DNA of 64,000 nt from Takakia lepidozioides. Its lineage: Eukaryota > Plantae > Bryophyta. The translations under genes were made by a program, and so were the position numbers. The notes under the pieces were generated by a model. That model was not told where the DNA came from. It made no database searches and saw only the letters and a program-made list of their open reading frames with translations. Positions 27,040 through 39,981 of this stretch are shown piece after piece; within the stretch, counting starts at the first letter, position 1, and every line of letters begins with the position of its first letter. The stretch covers positions 91,016,001 through 91,080,000 of the forward strand of contig CM060731.1 of NCBI GenBank assembly GCA_030704615.1, in the 5' to 3' direction.

Positions 27040-29349
27040 TCCTGAAAAAGGCTGTTCATCAGCGTGCTAAAGGTCGCCGGTGCATTAGTGAGCCCAAAAG
27101 GCATCACCAAGAACTCATATGAACCATACCTTGTCATGCACGCGGTCTTCTCCTCATCTCCTTCCGCCACCCGATTTTGATGATAGCCGGAGCGCAAGTC
27201 GATCCGGCTGAAATACTTCACTCCTGCCAACCGATCAAGAGGTCGTCGATCCTTGGCAAAGGGTACCGGTTTTTTATAGTCACCTTATTCAGAGCCCTGT
27301 AATCGACACACATCCGCAGCGTCCCATCCTTCTTGTCTGCGAATAGCAGCGGGGCTTCGTAAGGTGACTTACTCGGCCGGATGTACCCCTTTGACATTAG
27401 ATCCTTGAGCTGAGTCTTCAGCTCGACCAACTCCCTGTGGCTCAACCGGTAGGGTGCCTTGGCAGGCGGTTCCGATCCCGGTATCACCTCAATCTTGTGG
27501 TCAACTCCTCTTCGCGGTGGCAGGCCGCTTGGTAAATCCTCCGGCATCACATCCTGGTATTTCTCCAAGATCCCCTTGATCCAATCTGGGCTCGGCTCCC
27601 CATCGCCTTCTCCCTTCACTTCTCTAATGTAAAGCAAAAACTGGAGTTCGTGTGCCTCCTCCACGGCCCACTCCCTTGCTAACAGAAGGTTTATTCGCCC
27701 TCCCACGGATTTGGGCGTTTCTGACACTCGTAAGACCTCGCCACCATTCCCACATGGCAGCGTGACTACTCTCTTGCGGCCATCTATGACCGCTCCGGAT
27801 TTGCTCAAAAAGGTCATCCCCAAAATGAGATCTACTCCATCGATCTCGCAGATGGTGGAGTTCTCACGTCCCTCCCAACTCCCCAGTTGAAGAAGAACAT
27901 CAAACGCCAACCTTGTCGCCAACTGTGGTTCTCCTTTGGCAGAACGCACCTCAATAGAGGCCCCCACGTCACTTGTCGGGAGTCCCAGCTTTTGTGCCGT
28001 TGCCAGTGTCATGAATGAGTGCGACGCTCCTGTGTCCACCAACAACGACACATTAGTTCCGGATATTATCCCATCCACGAACAATAACTGACTCCCTTTT
28101 CGTAAGGCGCCAGTTTCCTGATACAACTCACAAGAAAATTTGCCTACCTTGAAAGTCCTGGCGACCACCGCTTCCACCAAGCGACTGATGGTATCTTCCG
28201 ACAGCTCCGTGGTCGCCCGAGTCATGTTCAATTGCCGGGGCTTCGTGCACTTCTTGGCCATGTGCCCGGGCTCCCCGCAATTGAAACACACTCCATCAAA
28301 GGTCGCCTTCTGTCCGCCATAAGCCGCTCCACCCGCTTTTCCTTTCGAAGCACCGGGTGCCGCCTTGACGTGTGAAGGCCCTCCCTTCGATTTCCACGTG
28401 CCATTGTCGCCGCGTGGCCTATCCCACTTCTTTTCCGGTCGGAAGGAGTCACCTTCCCGTCGGGTCTTCTTGTGGTTCAGCTCCGTACGGCCTTGTCTCT
28501 CACCCCTAGGGACATCCGAGAAACATTCAGCCCTCTCAATTGCCTCGTTCAAAGTCTTGGGTGGCTTCTCCTCCAACTTCCGCCTGGCCCATGGGGCCAG
28601 TCCCGCCACAAAGTTGAAGACCATTTCTGGTTCTGCCATGTCCGCGACTTCAAGCAACATCACATTGAAAGCCTGGACATACCCCCGAATGTCATCTGTT
28701 TGCTTCAAATTCCTCATCTTGTCCCGGGCAAGCCAGGACGCGTTGAGGGGCACAAACTGTCTCTTCATCAATTCCTTGAACCCACTCTAGTTCAAGGTTT
28801 CCGGGCTTGGGCCTCGGTCGTGAAGGCGTTTCTGCCACCATTGTTGAGCATAGCCCCTCAAATAGGTGGGAGCCACTTCCATCCGATCCTCGTCACTCAA
28901 CTTGGCCGCCCGAAAGTACTGCTCTAGCTCCAAGAGCCAGATGTTGAGTGCCTTCCGATTTTGGACGCCCTCGAAGGTGCCGGGTTCCTTAGGCTTCACC
29001 TTAAACTTTGCCTTAGCGGAAGTGGCATTAGCCGCCTTCAACACGTCTTTCAACGTCCCGCCAAACTACGCCAACAACCCTTCCCAAAAGGCTGCCGGCA
29101 TGGGAGGTACCTCTTGGTTTGTCGGAGCTCTCAAGGATTCCTCGGGCTCCGACTCCTCGGATTCCTCCCGCTTTTGGGCGGCCTCATTTTCGGAAACATG
29201 CATCGCTTCCTCAAACGGCCGCCTCGGTGACACGCCGCCCCCATCGGGCTCACCGGGATCATCATCTTTTGGGCCGTTCCGCTTTCGCTTCGGCTTGCCC
29301 GACCCCATGATGAGGCCAATCCCAAGGACGATCGCGTACTGAACTCTAA
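27040..29349 (-). mobile_element. Ty3/gypsy internal region: gag, Zn knuckle, protease and truncated RT (defective)
   Basis: [91 protein letters not shown]. Ends before YxDD; contains stops and frameshifts. Confidence 0.95.
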
Positions 29350-29361
29350 GCTCTGATACCA
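29350..29361 (-). promoter_or_regulatory. Primer-binding site for tRNA-iMet
   Basis: Minus strand reads TGGTATCAGAGC, 2 nt from the LTR end. Confidence 0.92.
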
Positions 29362-29363
29362 AG

Positions 29364-30091
29364 TGTCGCGCACCTCACTTCGGTAAGCTCCCCTTCAAGT
29401 CATAGTTACTCGCTTTGATGCGCGCGCCTGACTCCCAACCTGGCCGCCCGGGCCAACTTGGAGCTTTGGCTGCTCACCGGGACATAACGGTCCCCCTTTG
29501 CTTCCCACTAAACCCTCCACCTATTTGGGACTAGGAGAATTCCCTTTGGTAGATGGCAGTCCGGAACAGCTCCCCACTCTTTGGTCGCTTTCCGGCTTTT
29601 GCTCACTTACTCACTAGTTTTTGGTCACCAACGGGCTTGCACCGTTCTCGGGGTTACTACTCCCTATATATACTTCTGTAGCTGTCCGCGGGGGTTTCAC
29701 AACCAGCCATGCCATTTTATGGCGAACCACCACGAAAACCCTCGACTCCCGGTGATGAGTCGCGGTGAGTCTTGGCCCGCTCACCACGGCCCCTATGGAC
29801 CGTGATGAGTCCCAAGACTCCCCACAACTCCCACCACGAGGTCTCCGCCCCCATGGTGAGTCCTATGCCACCCCCACTAAGTCCCGCTAAGCTACCACCA
29901 CCCCTTGTGGAGCCACCCCCACCGCAACCCGGTGTGCGGGGCTCCACCTAGTGAGTGCCTCCGCTTCCCTGAGTGCCTTGGGCACTCAAGGGTGCTTCAG
30001 CCCCCCATACCTATCGCTGCCGCTGCCCCCACCACAGGGGCAGCCCCTCATGTGTCCCGACCCCCTGCCCTCAAGGCAAAGGGCCGCGACA
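29364..30091 (-). mobile_element. 5' LTR of the gypsy element (728 bp)
   Basis: TGTCGCG...CGCGACA terminal inverted repeats next to the PBS. No second LTR in the window. Confidence 0.88.
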
Positions 30092-30611
30092 ACAATGTTG
30101 GTTGAACAATGCTCACAACTACGAACAATTCCAAACTATCATTGGAGTATCCCATGTTAGAGATGCAAGAAAGACAAGAGAAGCGGCCTCACTCCAAGTT
30201 TTCAACACTCCGGATCAATGGATTCCCTAAGTGAAATTTGGCTTTATCCAAAGAAAGTCCTTTCAAATGCAATCATGAGAGTTTTACATTTTAGCAACAT
30301 CCATCTGATGCTGGTCTTCAACTTCTCCTTTCTGTTCCCTTGCGATGACTGAGAACGTAACTGAGTGGATGCCTGATCCCTATGGGTCCTTCTTGGATGT
30401 TTTTTTGGGGTTTGAAAATTCTTGACCACCTCAGGCATGGGTGAAGTACAATCAATGGATGACATTAACGACCGAAGCGATTATTGATGTTCATGTAGAG
30501 CAATTGTAAATTGGCCTCTCCTGCATCATAAATAATTCACATTATTTCCCTCCACAAAACCACGTAGATACACTATGCTGGTCATAAATATAAGCTAAAA
30601 ATATTTACGTA

Positions 30612-31040
30612 CATGTTGTAATGAGAGCATTTAAGTAATTGTCGGCTCCCTTTACTTGCACATGATGGGTGTAATTTCCTGGATATCCCATTAACATTTC
30701 CACCTCCATGTGATTTACATAGCGCAGAGTCTTGGTGCCATTTTTCATCACTGACAATCCTTTCGAAGTTTTGAAGGATCTAGTAGACCTGTGGTTTCAC
30801 ATGATTTTTTTTTTCCCCCCCATTCTCAAGCCATATGCTTAATGACAGCGTGTGCAATGTGTGTGCAAAATTTGGCAGTGAACAAAAGTCATCTGGATCC
30901 AAAACCATATTTTCCTCCCTCATTTGCTCTCCAAGGTTGAGTTTTCTTCAACTTCATGCAGGGCCTACGACGTCGGGGGTGAATATTTGTTCTTGATGCT
31001 CGTCATTTGCGACTTTGCATATGTGATTTAAACATACCTA
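30612..31040 (-). pseudogene. Degraded fragment resembling C5-cytosine methyltransferase motifs VIII-IX (DNMT3/DRM-like)
   Basis: VVGPA*S*RKLNLG...FAHTLHT...KTLRYVNHMEVEMLMGYPGNYT resembles the E-x-E-x-L-x-G-F-P-x-x-Y/H-T motif IX. Contains stops and frameshifts. Confidence 0.4.
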
Positions 31041-31169
31041 AGCACATGTGGACCAAATATGAGCTTGAACCAAGTTCAGTCAATAAGTCATTCGAGATTT
31101 TGACGCAACTACATTTCGTAGAGACTAAGTCAAAAAACAAATCATTACGTACCAGAAATCCCCAATCCT

Positions 31170-31480
31170 AGACCCCCAGGCTAGAGGGTATTGCAATGTC
31201 CCAGAAGGCTTGCGATGTCCGAGAGTCGCAACGTCACCAATTCCCCTTGGCCACCCAGCTCGACAGGGTATTGCGATGTCCCGTTGTCGCTTAGACGGCC
31301 TAACGACGCTCAGCAGGTCGACGACGTCGGGGAGTCGCAAGGATGTCATTTCCCCCTTGGCCGCCACGTTGCGAGGGCACGTCACCTCGCAGGGGTTGCG
31401 ACTTCCAGAAGTCGCCTGTCAGTGGTAATGCGACGGGTTTGCGACGTCCGGGAGTCGCAGAGAGGCCGGCCCGTTTAGTG
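31170..31480. mobile_element. CACTA-like terminal remnant
   Basis: Dense TTGCGACGTC/GTCGCAA subterminal-type repeats ending ...TAGTG at 31480. Motifs resemble those at 48691-49780. Confidence 0.5.
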
Positions 31481-34400
31481 TCTCTTTGCAAAGGTCATGG
31501 CAGAGGCCAGGGTCAATTGATCCATTTCTTCCAATCTTTATAGTGCTCCTTCTCTCATGTTGTATAACAAGGCTATCTTGCATGCCGGTTAACGTGCTCG
31601 ATGGTTCCTGCGTTATACGTACATTCATAGTGATGTCAACGAACCAATGGGGATCACTCATCACCCAAGAATCCGTTAATGGCAATGGCTTTGGCAACAT
31701 TGTTATCTTTCACACCAATTTCGAGGATTCTTTCTTTTGCATCGAGATTATGGTAACCAAATCAATTGAAGGGTTTCCAGGGGTAAGTCTTGGTCAGCAC
31801 TTGTAGAACAAGAACCATGTCTTCCAACATTCTTGCCCTCGTACAAAAACTCAACAATCCTAGAGTCACTTTTCAAGTCACAACTTCACTAGAATCATTC
31901 CTAGATCGCCACACCTCCAAAGGATTTTTTTCATGGATTTTTCATTGATCAATCATAGAAATAAGCTACATGCATGTACATGTACAATCAATCCAAGCGA
32001 TGGATACAGTTCTGTGCGAGAATTATTATGTAGCTTTGATTACGTGTGTAATCAACTTGAACATCATCATCCGGAGCTTCTTCATCCTCATCAAGCTGCA
32101 AGTCTTATTGCTCATCAGAGTCATTGTCATAAATGGCCTGGTCACCAAAAGGCACATCTGAATCATCTTCCACCTCGTTTTCAATTACCATGTCTTCATC
32201 TTCTTCTCCAACATCCGCATCTGATGGAGCCTCATCATATAGGGTCCGGGATGCATTGTCCGGGGCGTCATCATTCTCTTGTACCCCCTCTACCCAACCT
32301 CGGCCAACATCAGCATCATCATGACCAGTCTCTTCCTCCTCCGCATTTGCCTCGCCCCATGTAGATCCCCGACCATGCATTAGAAATTTAATGGGCCCTT
32401 AGGAAGGCCGCGAGTTTTGTTTTCTTGAATTCTGCCCGTTGTTGGTTGTTACACTAAAGAGACCTCCTACTTGCGCGATAAAAAAAAGTACACCTTGGCA
32501 CTGACAGTGGCACGTTGGCTGATCGCCAGGGAAAAGAGTGTCTCCACTCTACGTTTTTTGGACCTTTGAAGCGTAAGTGCTACATGCCATTCTCACGGAG
32601 GCTTTGGGTTTCGCGCCATCGTTGTCAAGTTTCCCTCGTTTTCGCGCCATCATTCACCTGCGGCAAGCTCTCTGCTGGAAGCTCTCAGTTGCGTGCTCAA
32701 CGCAAACCGTGGCCTCGCGCGTGCATCAACTCTGTGACTCTGGGAGAGCGGTGCTTCGAGCGGTGCAGGTGTATCTTATCGTTATGCATGTGCGGCAGAT
32801 CGATCTGACAAGCATGGTGTAATGCGTTGTGCAATGAACATATGAGAGATATTTGTACTCATAAGACTTTGTTTTTTGTACTCATATGAGAGAAAGATGT
32901 ATGTTTGTTTACTTTGTTTTCTGTACTTCTGTTTTCTGTACATATGAGAGAAAGATGTACGCATAAGACTTTGTTTTCTGTAGCCTATGAGGGAGAGAGA
33001 AACTGAGAGAAAGAGAGAGAGAGAGATGGGGGTTTGAGAGATGAATGTGGGGTGTAGCCATGGCTCAATGAAGATAAGAGGAGGGCAGAGAGAAGCATCT
33101 ACGCGGGGCTGCTGCTCGCACCACCAAAGCTGTTGTCAAGGCCTTTTCCCGTGACTTCCGTGACTCCGTGACTTCCTTGAAGGTTTAAAGGTATGTGCAA
33201 ATCTCTCTTCTCCTTTGTTTGTGGCACCCAATAATATTTTAACCTCTGCACCTGTCTGCACTGGTCTTATACCAAAGGAGAGTTCTCCACCAAGTCACGA
33301 CCAGGGCTTGTGGCAAGAGAGACCCAGTTTGTTATAATGCGTTATGCTGAACCGAGGCTTCCAAGGATTCCATTGCATGTACAAGTCATTAGCTCGTCTT
33401 CGCTCAGAGCTACTCCTCACCGATGAGAACGACGATGCTGTCGAAATTTTGATATCAAAATGACGGACAAACAAAGGAAAAGATATTTTGACATCCAAGT
33501 TGACATCCACCATAAATCGAACATGGCTTCCTATTTTGTTCTATGAATTGACAAGTTTAGGTTCAAATAAAATTTTAGTAAGATTTAACACATGTAGTTC
33601 AAAAGGGGATGGTGACTTTCAAGACATGTCTCTGAGATTTTGTACCAAGTCAGCCTAGTAAATCACATTAGCTCCGTCCCAACATTGCATGATAGATGGT
33701 ACTTGATGGGTTGCCATAGAGTTGGCAGGTTGATGGATGCTGCCTTTTGTTGTACCATATGACCTCATTACTGTCCAATGATACCTTGTCCAAATTATGG
33801 GCCCGTGATTGCTGGTAAGTGCATGCCTTGGTAAAGCAGGAGCCCTAAGGACTATAACCCCATGTGAAAGTTGTAAGCCAGGTTTGTGGCAACACTCACT
33901 CCATGATGGAACTCTGCTTCTCTTTCATTCAGATCTATTTGAAACAGTTGCAACCTGGATTATATTAATCCATCACATGACTAGCCCAAAAGCTACGGGC
34001 AACATTCCTACAGGACTGACCCCGGGGTTGGTTGGCATTCTGGGTTGCAGGTGTAAGCAAATTTCGGCAGAGATTGATGTGAAAAGGTTGTGAAAGCTGT
34101 GGTGGCAGTGGCTGCCCTAGAGAGGCAAGATGTGAATCTGGATCTGATCAAAGTGGAAGGGAAAGTTTGATCGTCCTCCTTCCGAGCCTGATGCCACCCT
34201 GTTAAAGGAGATTGGTCAGTTTCTCTTCTCTCTCTAGCTATGCCAAGCAGCAGAGTCTAATAGTGCGTCTCTTGTTCTTTTTTGCCACAGGCGGGTTTCT
34301 TGAGGTTCACTGTTATAATACGCTGGAGGCGTTAACTGCTTACCAATGGGTCTGTGGGTCTGATTACTTCTTTTGAAATGTGATATGGGTGCTAGACATT

Positions 34401-35837
34401 TCTCCAAGTCTGGAAGGCATTGGCACAGTATATTGGCACAATATTTTTTGTTTCTCTCTTAACATTAGGAGTTGATTTGATTGGAGCCCTCTTGTCACAT
34501 GGGGATGAACTTTCACTTCTGATTGGTGCAATGGTAAAGTTTAGCATGATGATAGGCTTTGTCTGGCTCTCTTACATGGCATGGCTGGGTTTGTTTACAA
34601 CTCTGTCTAATAATTGAGTTTTCCAGACCACATATAGTGCTACTACAATAAGCCTAACAATGTTAACTCATGACAATGGCCTCTTGAAAGTCTTACTTCA
34701 ATGCAAAGGGCTCTAACCTCTACACTAGGGTTGTTGGGTTTGGTTTGGTTTGGGTTGTTGGGTTTGGGCAGCAATCAGTATTGCTGCTGGTTGCCAGTAT
34801 CTTTCTAGGCTGCCTGATTATAGAATGAAAAACCATTGAGATGATTACAGGCCCTTTGGTTATCTCCATTCAAGATGCCTATCTGTATGTATTTAAGACA
34901 TGGCAGGGCAGTGAAGGTCTGTGAGCACTTGTGCGAAGAAAGGCCCGCTTCCAACTTTACAGGGGAGCCACAGATTGACACTAAGGGGAGGGAACTGTTG
35001 GAGCCACTAAGGCTGATCTTTACCCATCTGTCAACTGGTAAGTGCAGTCCCCGGTTGATGTGCTATTGTTTGTTTTCCAGTAAGTATATTGTCATCTTCC
35101 TCTTTTGGTTTTGTCTTCAGTGCAGGTCTGAGTGCAGGATTTGGAGAAGATACAAAGCATACTGCTGCACATGGTACTGCTTGTTCTAAGTGAGAAGGTT
35201 TTGTAAAGCCCCCTCTTTTTGGCTATTTTGAAGGAACCTGTTTCCTTCTTAAGATCGGCACTACCTATTGTCAACATAGTTTGCATGTCATGTCTATTCA
35301 TGCTGATGGGTGAAAGGTTTCAGCGAATGTTTGCATTTGCAGTAGGGTAGAAGTATGGTGAAAAGGGTAGAGGCGATTTTCAAGTACCTGAATCTAGGCA
35401 GGAAGAACTGACTGATGTGTTTTTGGACAAGTGCCTTAAACAATGCATGTTATTCTGGCAATGCTTTTTCTTTTGATTTCAGAAGAGACATTGAACTGCA
35501 ATTTCAAGGCCCTGTGGATGGATGGGTTTTTTTGTGTGACAAACTGGACAGTGCTTGGTGATGGTTGGCAGCCATGTTTCGGGGTGAAAATGGTAGCAGT
35601 CTGGAATATGTTTCAAATGAAATCTCTCTCCCTCTCTACCTCTCAAATATCAAATATCTAATCAATATCCAATATTCATCTTTTCATATATCAAAATCCA
35701 ATATCCAATTTCCAATATGCAGTATCCATTTTCTGATATAATGTCCAGGGTATTCTCATCAGAGAGGACCTCCACTTCACAGAGTCCCTGCACCTCTATT
35801 CATCAACTTTCAAAATCTTGAGGTTGAGCCTAAAGCC

Positions 35838-37258
35838 TTGGCCCTCTTGGGGTTTTATGGCTGGGAGCTCATGGACAGGAGATTAATGCCATCTGTGAAG
35901 AGCTATATAGAGGAAAGGGATGCCTATATAGGGAAAGGGACCCCTCCTCACAAAGGTATCCCTCTTGTTCTTCCCAAACTGTGTGCGGGCCAAGGCTATG
36001 TAATGAGGCCATTGGCTTCCCACATGAACTTTTTTGAACCTGTTCTGAGTCTGCAAGAAGTGGAACTCAAGAAGCATCCCTTGGACACAAGATACAATAC
36101 CATGGACCTTGATTTTAGTAGGTTGTTAATCCTTAACTGAGCCAGCTGGGAAAGAGATTCTAAGTTGATTCCTTGGTGGGATACAGAGGGAATTGTAAAT
36201 CCGAAACACAATGCGGCCACGAAGTGAAGTAGGATATGTGATATTGCTCAGTTCAAAAGACGAGGATGATAATTGGATTCCCATGAAGGTGGAGAGTAAC
36301 TCTTGGGTAGCATTGATGTCGGGTAAAAGAGACGATTATGCTAAAGATTCATCGAAGCACGGCGGAACTTCTACAACAAAGGGGGTGTACAAGGCGAAGG
36401 TGCTGAAGTTTCGTTTCGAAGGTGGATCCACAGTGGTATCCAAAATCTGTGTTCAACATGCTTACATGCAACGGCAACTCGATTTGCCTCCAGATGCAGC
36501 TTTCGACAGAGGCGCTTGCAATTGTAAGATGTCTAACTTTCCTCATAAGTTTACATTAGTTGCTATGAAGTTCACCTTGTATTGTGCACAGTGGAACAAC
36601 AATATGATGAGGGTGGGGTTTTCAATGCAGACCTATACCTTTCCACTTTTGAAGATTGGATTGATCCGAAGAGTATAATGGACGTATATATGTGGTGCAC
36701 CCCAAAGTAGGTGAGGCTTGCCGTGGAAATCGAACGCACAATGAGCTTATGCAAAATCATGTGTACTTCTACAATGCATTTTACACCCCACGCAATGGTA
36801 GATCCGAGTTTGGAACAGTGCAGCCGATCCCTCTTCCTGGTTTTAGTGACCCAGCTTGGCCATTACCAGACATGGCGACCAGTGAGTCTTTCAGACTGAA
36901 GTTGCGGTCTGATTTCTTATCCTCTATGAAACCCAGAATAGGAAGCAAATCAACCCACTTACAATGGTTTATCCCAATCGGAGTAATGGTAGATCTATTT
37001 TCCGTGGCCAACAGTATCTCTAAGAGCAATACCATGTTCACTTTCAAAGAACCATGTGAGAAGCTGTTGGAATCATTGATGGATAGTGGATGGGATACAA
37101 AAATCACCATTGGAGCCGATGTCATTAGATGTGTTGTCGATCGTTCAACACTGAGATTCAGATATCACATTGGCCGATCTACTTTATACGCCACATTTCA
37201 ATTCAATTGGCAATGCATGATATCCGAAAACAAATGGGAGACGATGGATCAGGTTTAG
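35838..37258 (+). pseudogene. Degraded gene with a BAH-like domain
   Basis: YKAKVLKFRF..SKICVQHAYM..L...ACN|(intron ~36524-36630)YLYLSTFEDWIDPKSIMD..V...YFYNAFY follows the BAH strand pattern. Interrupted by a stop and frameshifts. Confidence 0.45.
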
Positions 37259-38950
37259 TCTCTGGAGATGGTAAGTTTATGTTGTGAATATGATGCAAGA
37301 CAGCAAGCAATTGAGGTTGGGCGACATTGGACAATGTCAAGCATTCGACATGAGATTACTATTGCTTTTGGTTCAAACATTCTTGAGGACTTCACGATAT
37401 TGGTGGATGAAGATGGGATCAAGTCCAAAGAGGTATGTGGAATTTGTTATCAGCAATCATGGTAATCCATTTACATCTTCAAATGTTATGACAGCTTCTA
37501 ACAAAATTACATGTTTTTTGTTGATAGGTAAACATTAGAAATGAGAAGAAGTACACAGCTGCCGTTGTGCTGCCTCCGAAGCGACTATGACTTGTGGCCA
37601 ATGCATCCTAAAGTGTAGCCTGAGACTCTAGGGCTGTGGGCATTAGGTCCGTGTGCCACAAAATTAGATGACATTTGCAACATTTGGTGACATTTTAGGT
37701 GACATTTTACATTTTAGGTTGGCAATTTTACCTTTGTTATATGAAAAATTCACCATTGTTCCCTCTTTTTCTACATTGGTTATGGTCTGATTGAGATGGT
37801 GACAGACAACTAGTTGAGCAATTTACAAAAAAATAGTTGAACAAAAAATATTATCTTTATTATGTGATGTGAGTTGTTCAGTGATTCAAACCGAGGACCT
37901 TCTGTTTGATGATGCGTTAAAGAATGCCATAATAACCAAGAATGCTTTGATGATCCGTTGAAAATATAGAAACTTTCTTTATACTTATACTCAAGTTTAG
38001 ATGAGATTGAATGGATGGATGTTTGGGTGTTGGTTTGGTGCACAAATTGATATGGGGTCTGCTTCTCTATCCATGCTTCCATTTTGTATGAGTCTGGTTT
38101 GTAAATGTGAAGGTTAGTTGACAGGTGAGTTGCTTTTCACTATCTGTTACATTACTCACACTAAATACTTAGAGAGGGAGAGTGTGTGCGTAAAACCAGT
38201 ATCTGCATCCGCCACCGGCAGCGACGACCGTCCCGCCCCCTGGGCAGCAAGTCCAGGCAAGATGAAGCTTTCGAGCGATGAGGAGATGGAACATGCGAGC
38301 ATGGATGACATGAAGGACTCAACAAACAAGGATTTGGAGAATTCTTTGGGCAAAGATATCTTTGGGCATTTGGTCTTGGTCTGGGTATGTTTATATGTAT
38401 TGTACAAAGAGCATTGTACAAGGAGAAGAAGCGGCAACGGCTGCAGCTTCAGGTTCAGACTAGTTAGGCTCAACCCCAAGCGTAGCTGGTATTGTGTTCC
38501 CATTTCAAAGAAGCTGAACCAGGTAACAGCAAAACATTCTAGTGTTCAGTGCACAGCGGTGATGCTCGGGAGAGCGGTGTTTCGTAGGAGAGCAGGTTAG
38601 GGAGACGTGCTTATCGATCTTTTGCCTCTCAAATTTTAGGCTTCTTTTCTTCTAATTGATGCTTCAGCGTGGGCACTAGCAGTTACGGGCCCCTTCTGGC
38701 GCACACTGTCGATGTTATACTGCGGTGCAACTCTCACTTGTAGCCCTGATTTGGGCGAGGGTTGGAGGCAGCAACTTGCACCGTATAAGGAGATTAAGCC
38801 TTTCTTTGCAAGCCCAAAACTGTAAGCAAGCCTAACTCTAAACTGCAAGCCCATAAATTGGGTGAGGTTTACCTTGACACCCTCAACTCCAACCACATAC
38901 TTGTCTCAGACAAACCCTAGTTGTGAATTCGTTCAAGGTGCCTGGTATTA

Positions 38951-39499
38951 CAGGGATGCCTCGGCGTGAGCCTGGTCACGTGAGCGCGTGAGCGCAACTG
39001 CGCTCACGCCACGTCACCTTGCGCCAATGCCACGTCATCACACTTGAAGGCCGTGTCACGCCCAGGAAGAAGTGGAGTGTATTCCCGCGGATTGGCACCC
39101 TTTACCGCGGAAACAATCTGGACGACATAATAAAAGGCAGTGGTCATTCCCACCTGAAAGCAACAGATGAATAAAGGATGGATGAATGTACAGTTGGATG
39201 ATAAACAGATGGATGAGTGTGAAAAATGAATGTAGATGGATGAATGAGGGATGGATAAGAGTCAAATGGATGAATGTATAATGGATGTTGAACAATGGAA
39301 AACATTAATGACAGGAAGATGCATGACTAAAACTTTAGACGAATGCACAACGTATATGACATGAGTGTGGTAGGTTTGTGGGGTGGATTAAAGAGTACAG
39401 AGGATGAATGTACAATGGATGTTGAACAAAGGAAAACATTCATGAATGGAGCACGCATGAATACACTGTAGATGAAAGCACAATGGATATGACAAGAGT
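38951..39499 (+). repeat. Long terminal inverted repeat, methyltransferase side (copy B, inverted)
   Basis: Near-identical to 16339-16903 but lies downstream of the minus-strand MTase-like exons. Confidence 0.75.
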
Positions 39500-39981
39500 G
39501 AGGGAGGTTTGTGAGATGGATTCATACATATTGCAATTTAAATGGTAGTTGATTCTTTGATTATTTTTCTTTCCAAATGAACAACTACGGTGGAGGAAGG
39601 GGATTCAACGTTTTCCAAAGAGGATGAAACAGAATATTAAAAGAACATAGTTCAGTCTGACTCAGAGTCAGTACAATGTATCCCCGCTTCCTCTGCATCT
39701 AAGTCTAAGTATTTAAGAACTCCGGATCTACGCTGGCTACACCTACGGCCGGGCAGTAAAAAGTCAGGGGATAGGGACTCGGCCACGTGAAGTGTCATTG
39801 CTTCGGCATAATCAGGAAGCAGAAAATTGGAAAGGGGGCTGTCGAAAACAAACTCGCCACAAATGACTGTATCTCCTGAAGATCCACCGCTGCCTTTCCT
39901 GAAAGACAGCCTGAAAAAGTTATTACTGTAACTTTGATGTTATTGAGAAATTGAGTATGGCTCCCAAAGTGGGTTTAGCAC

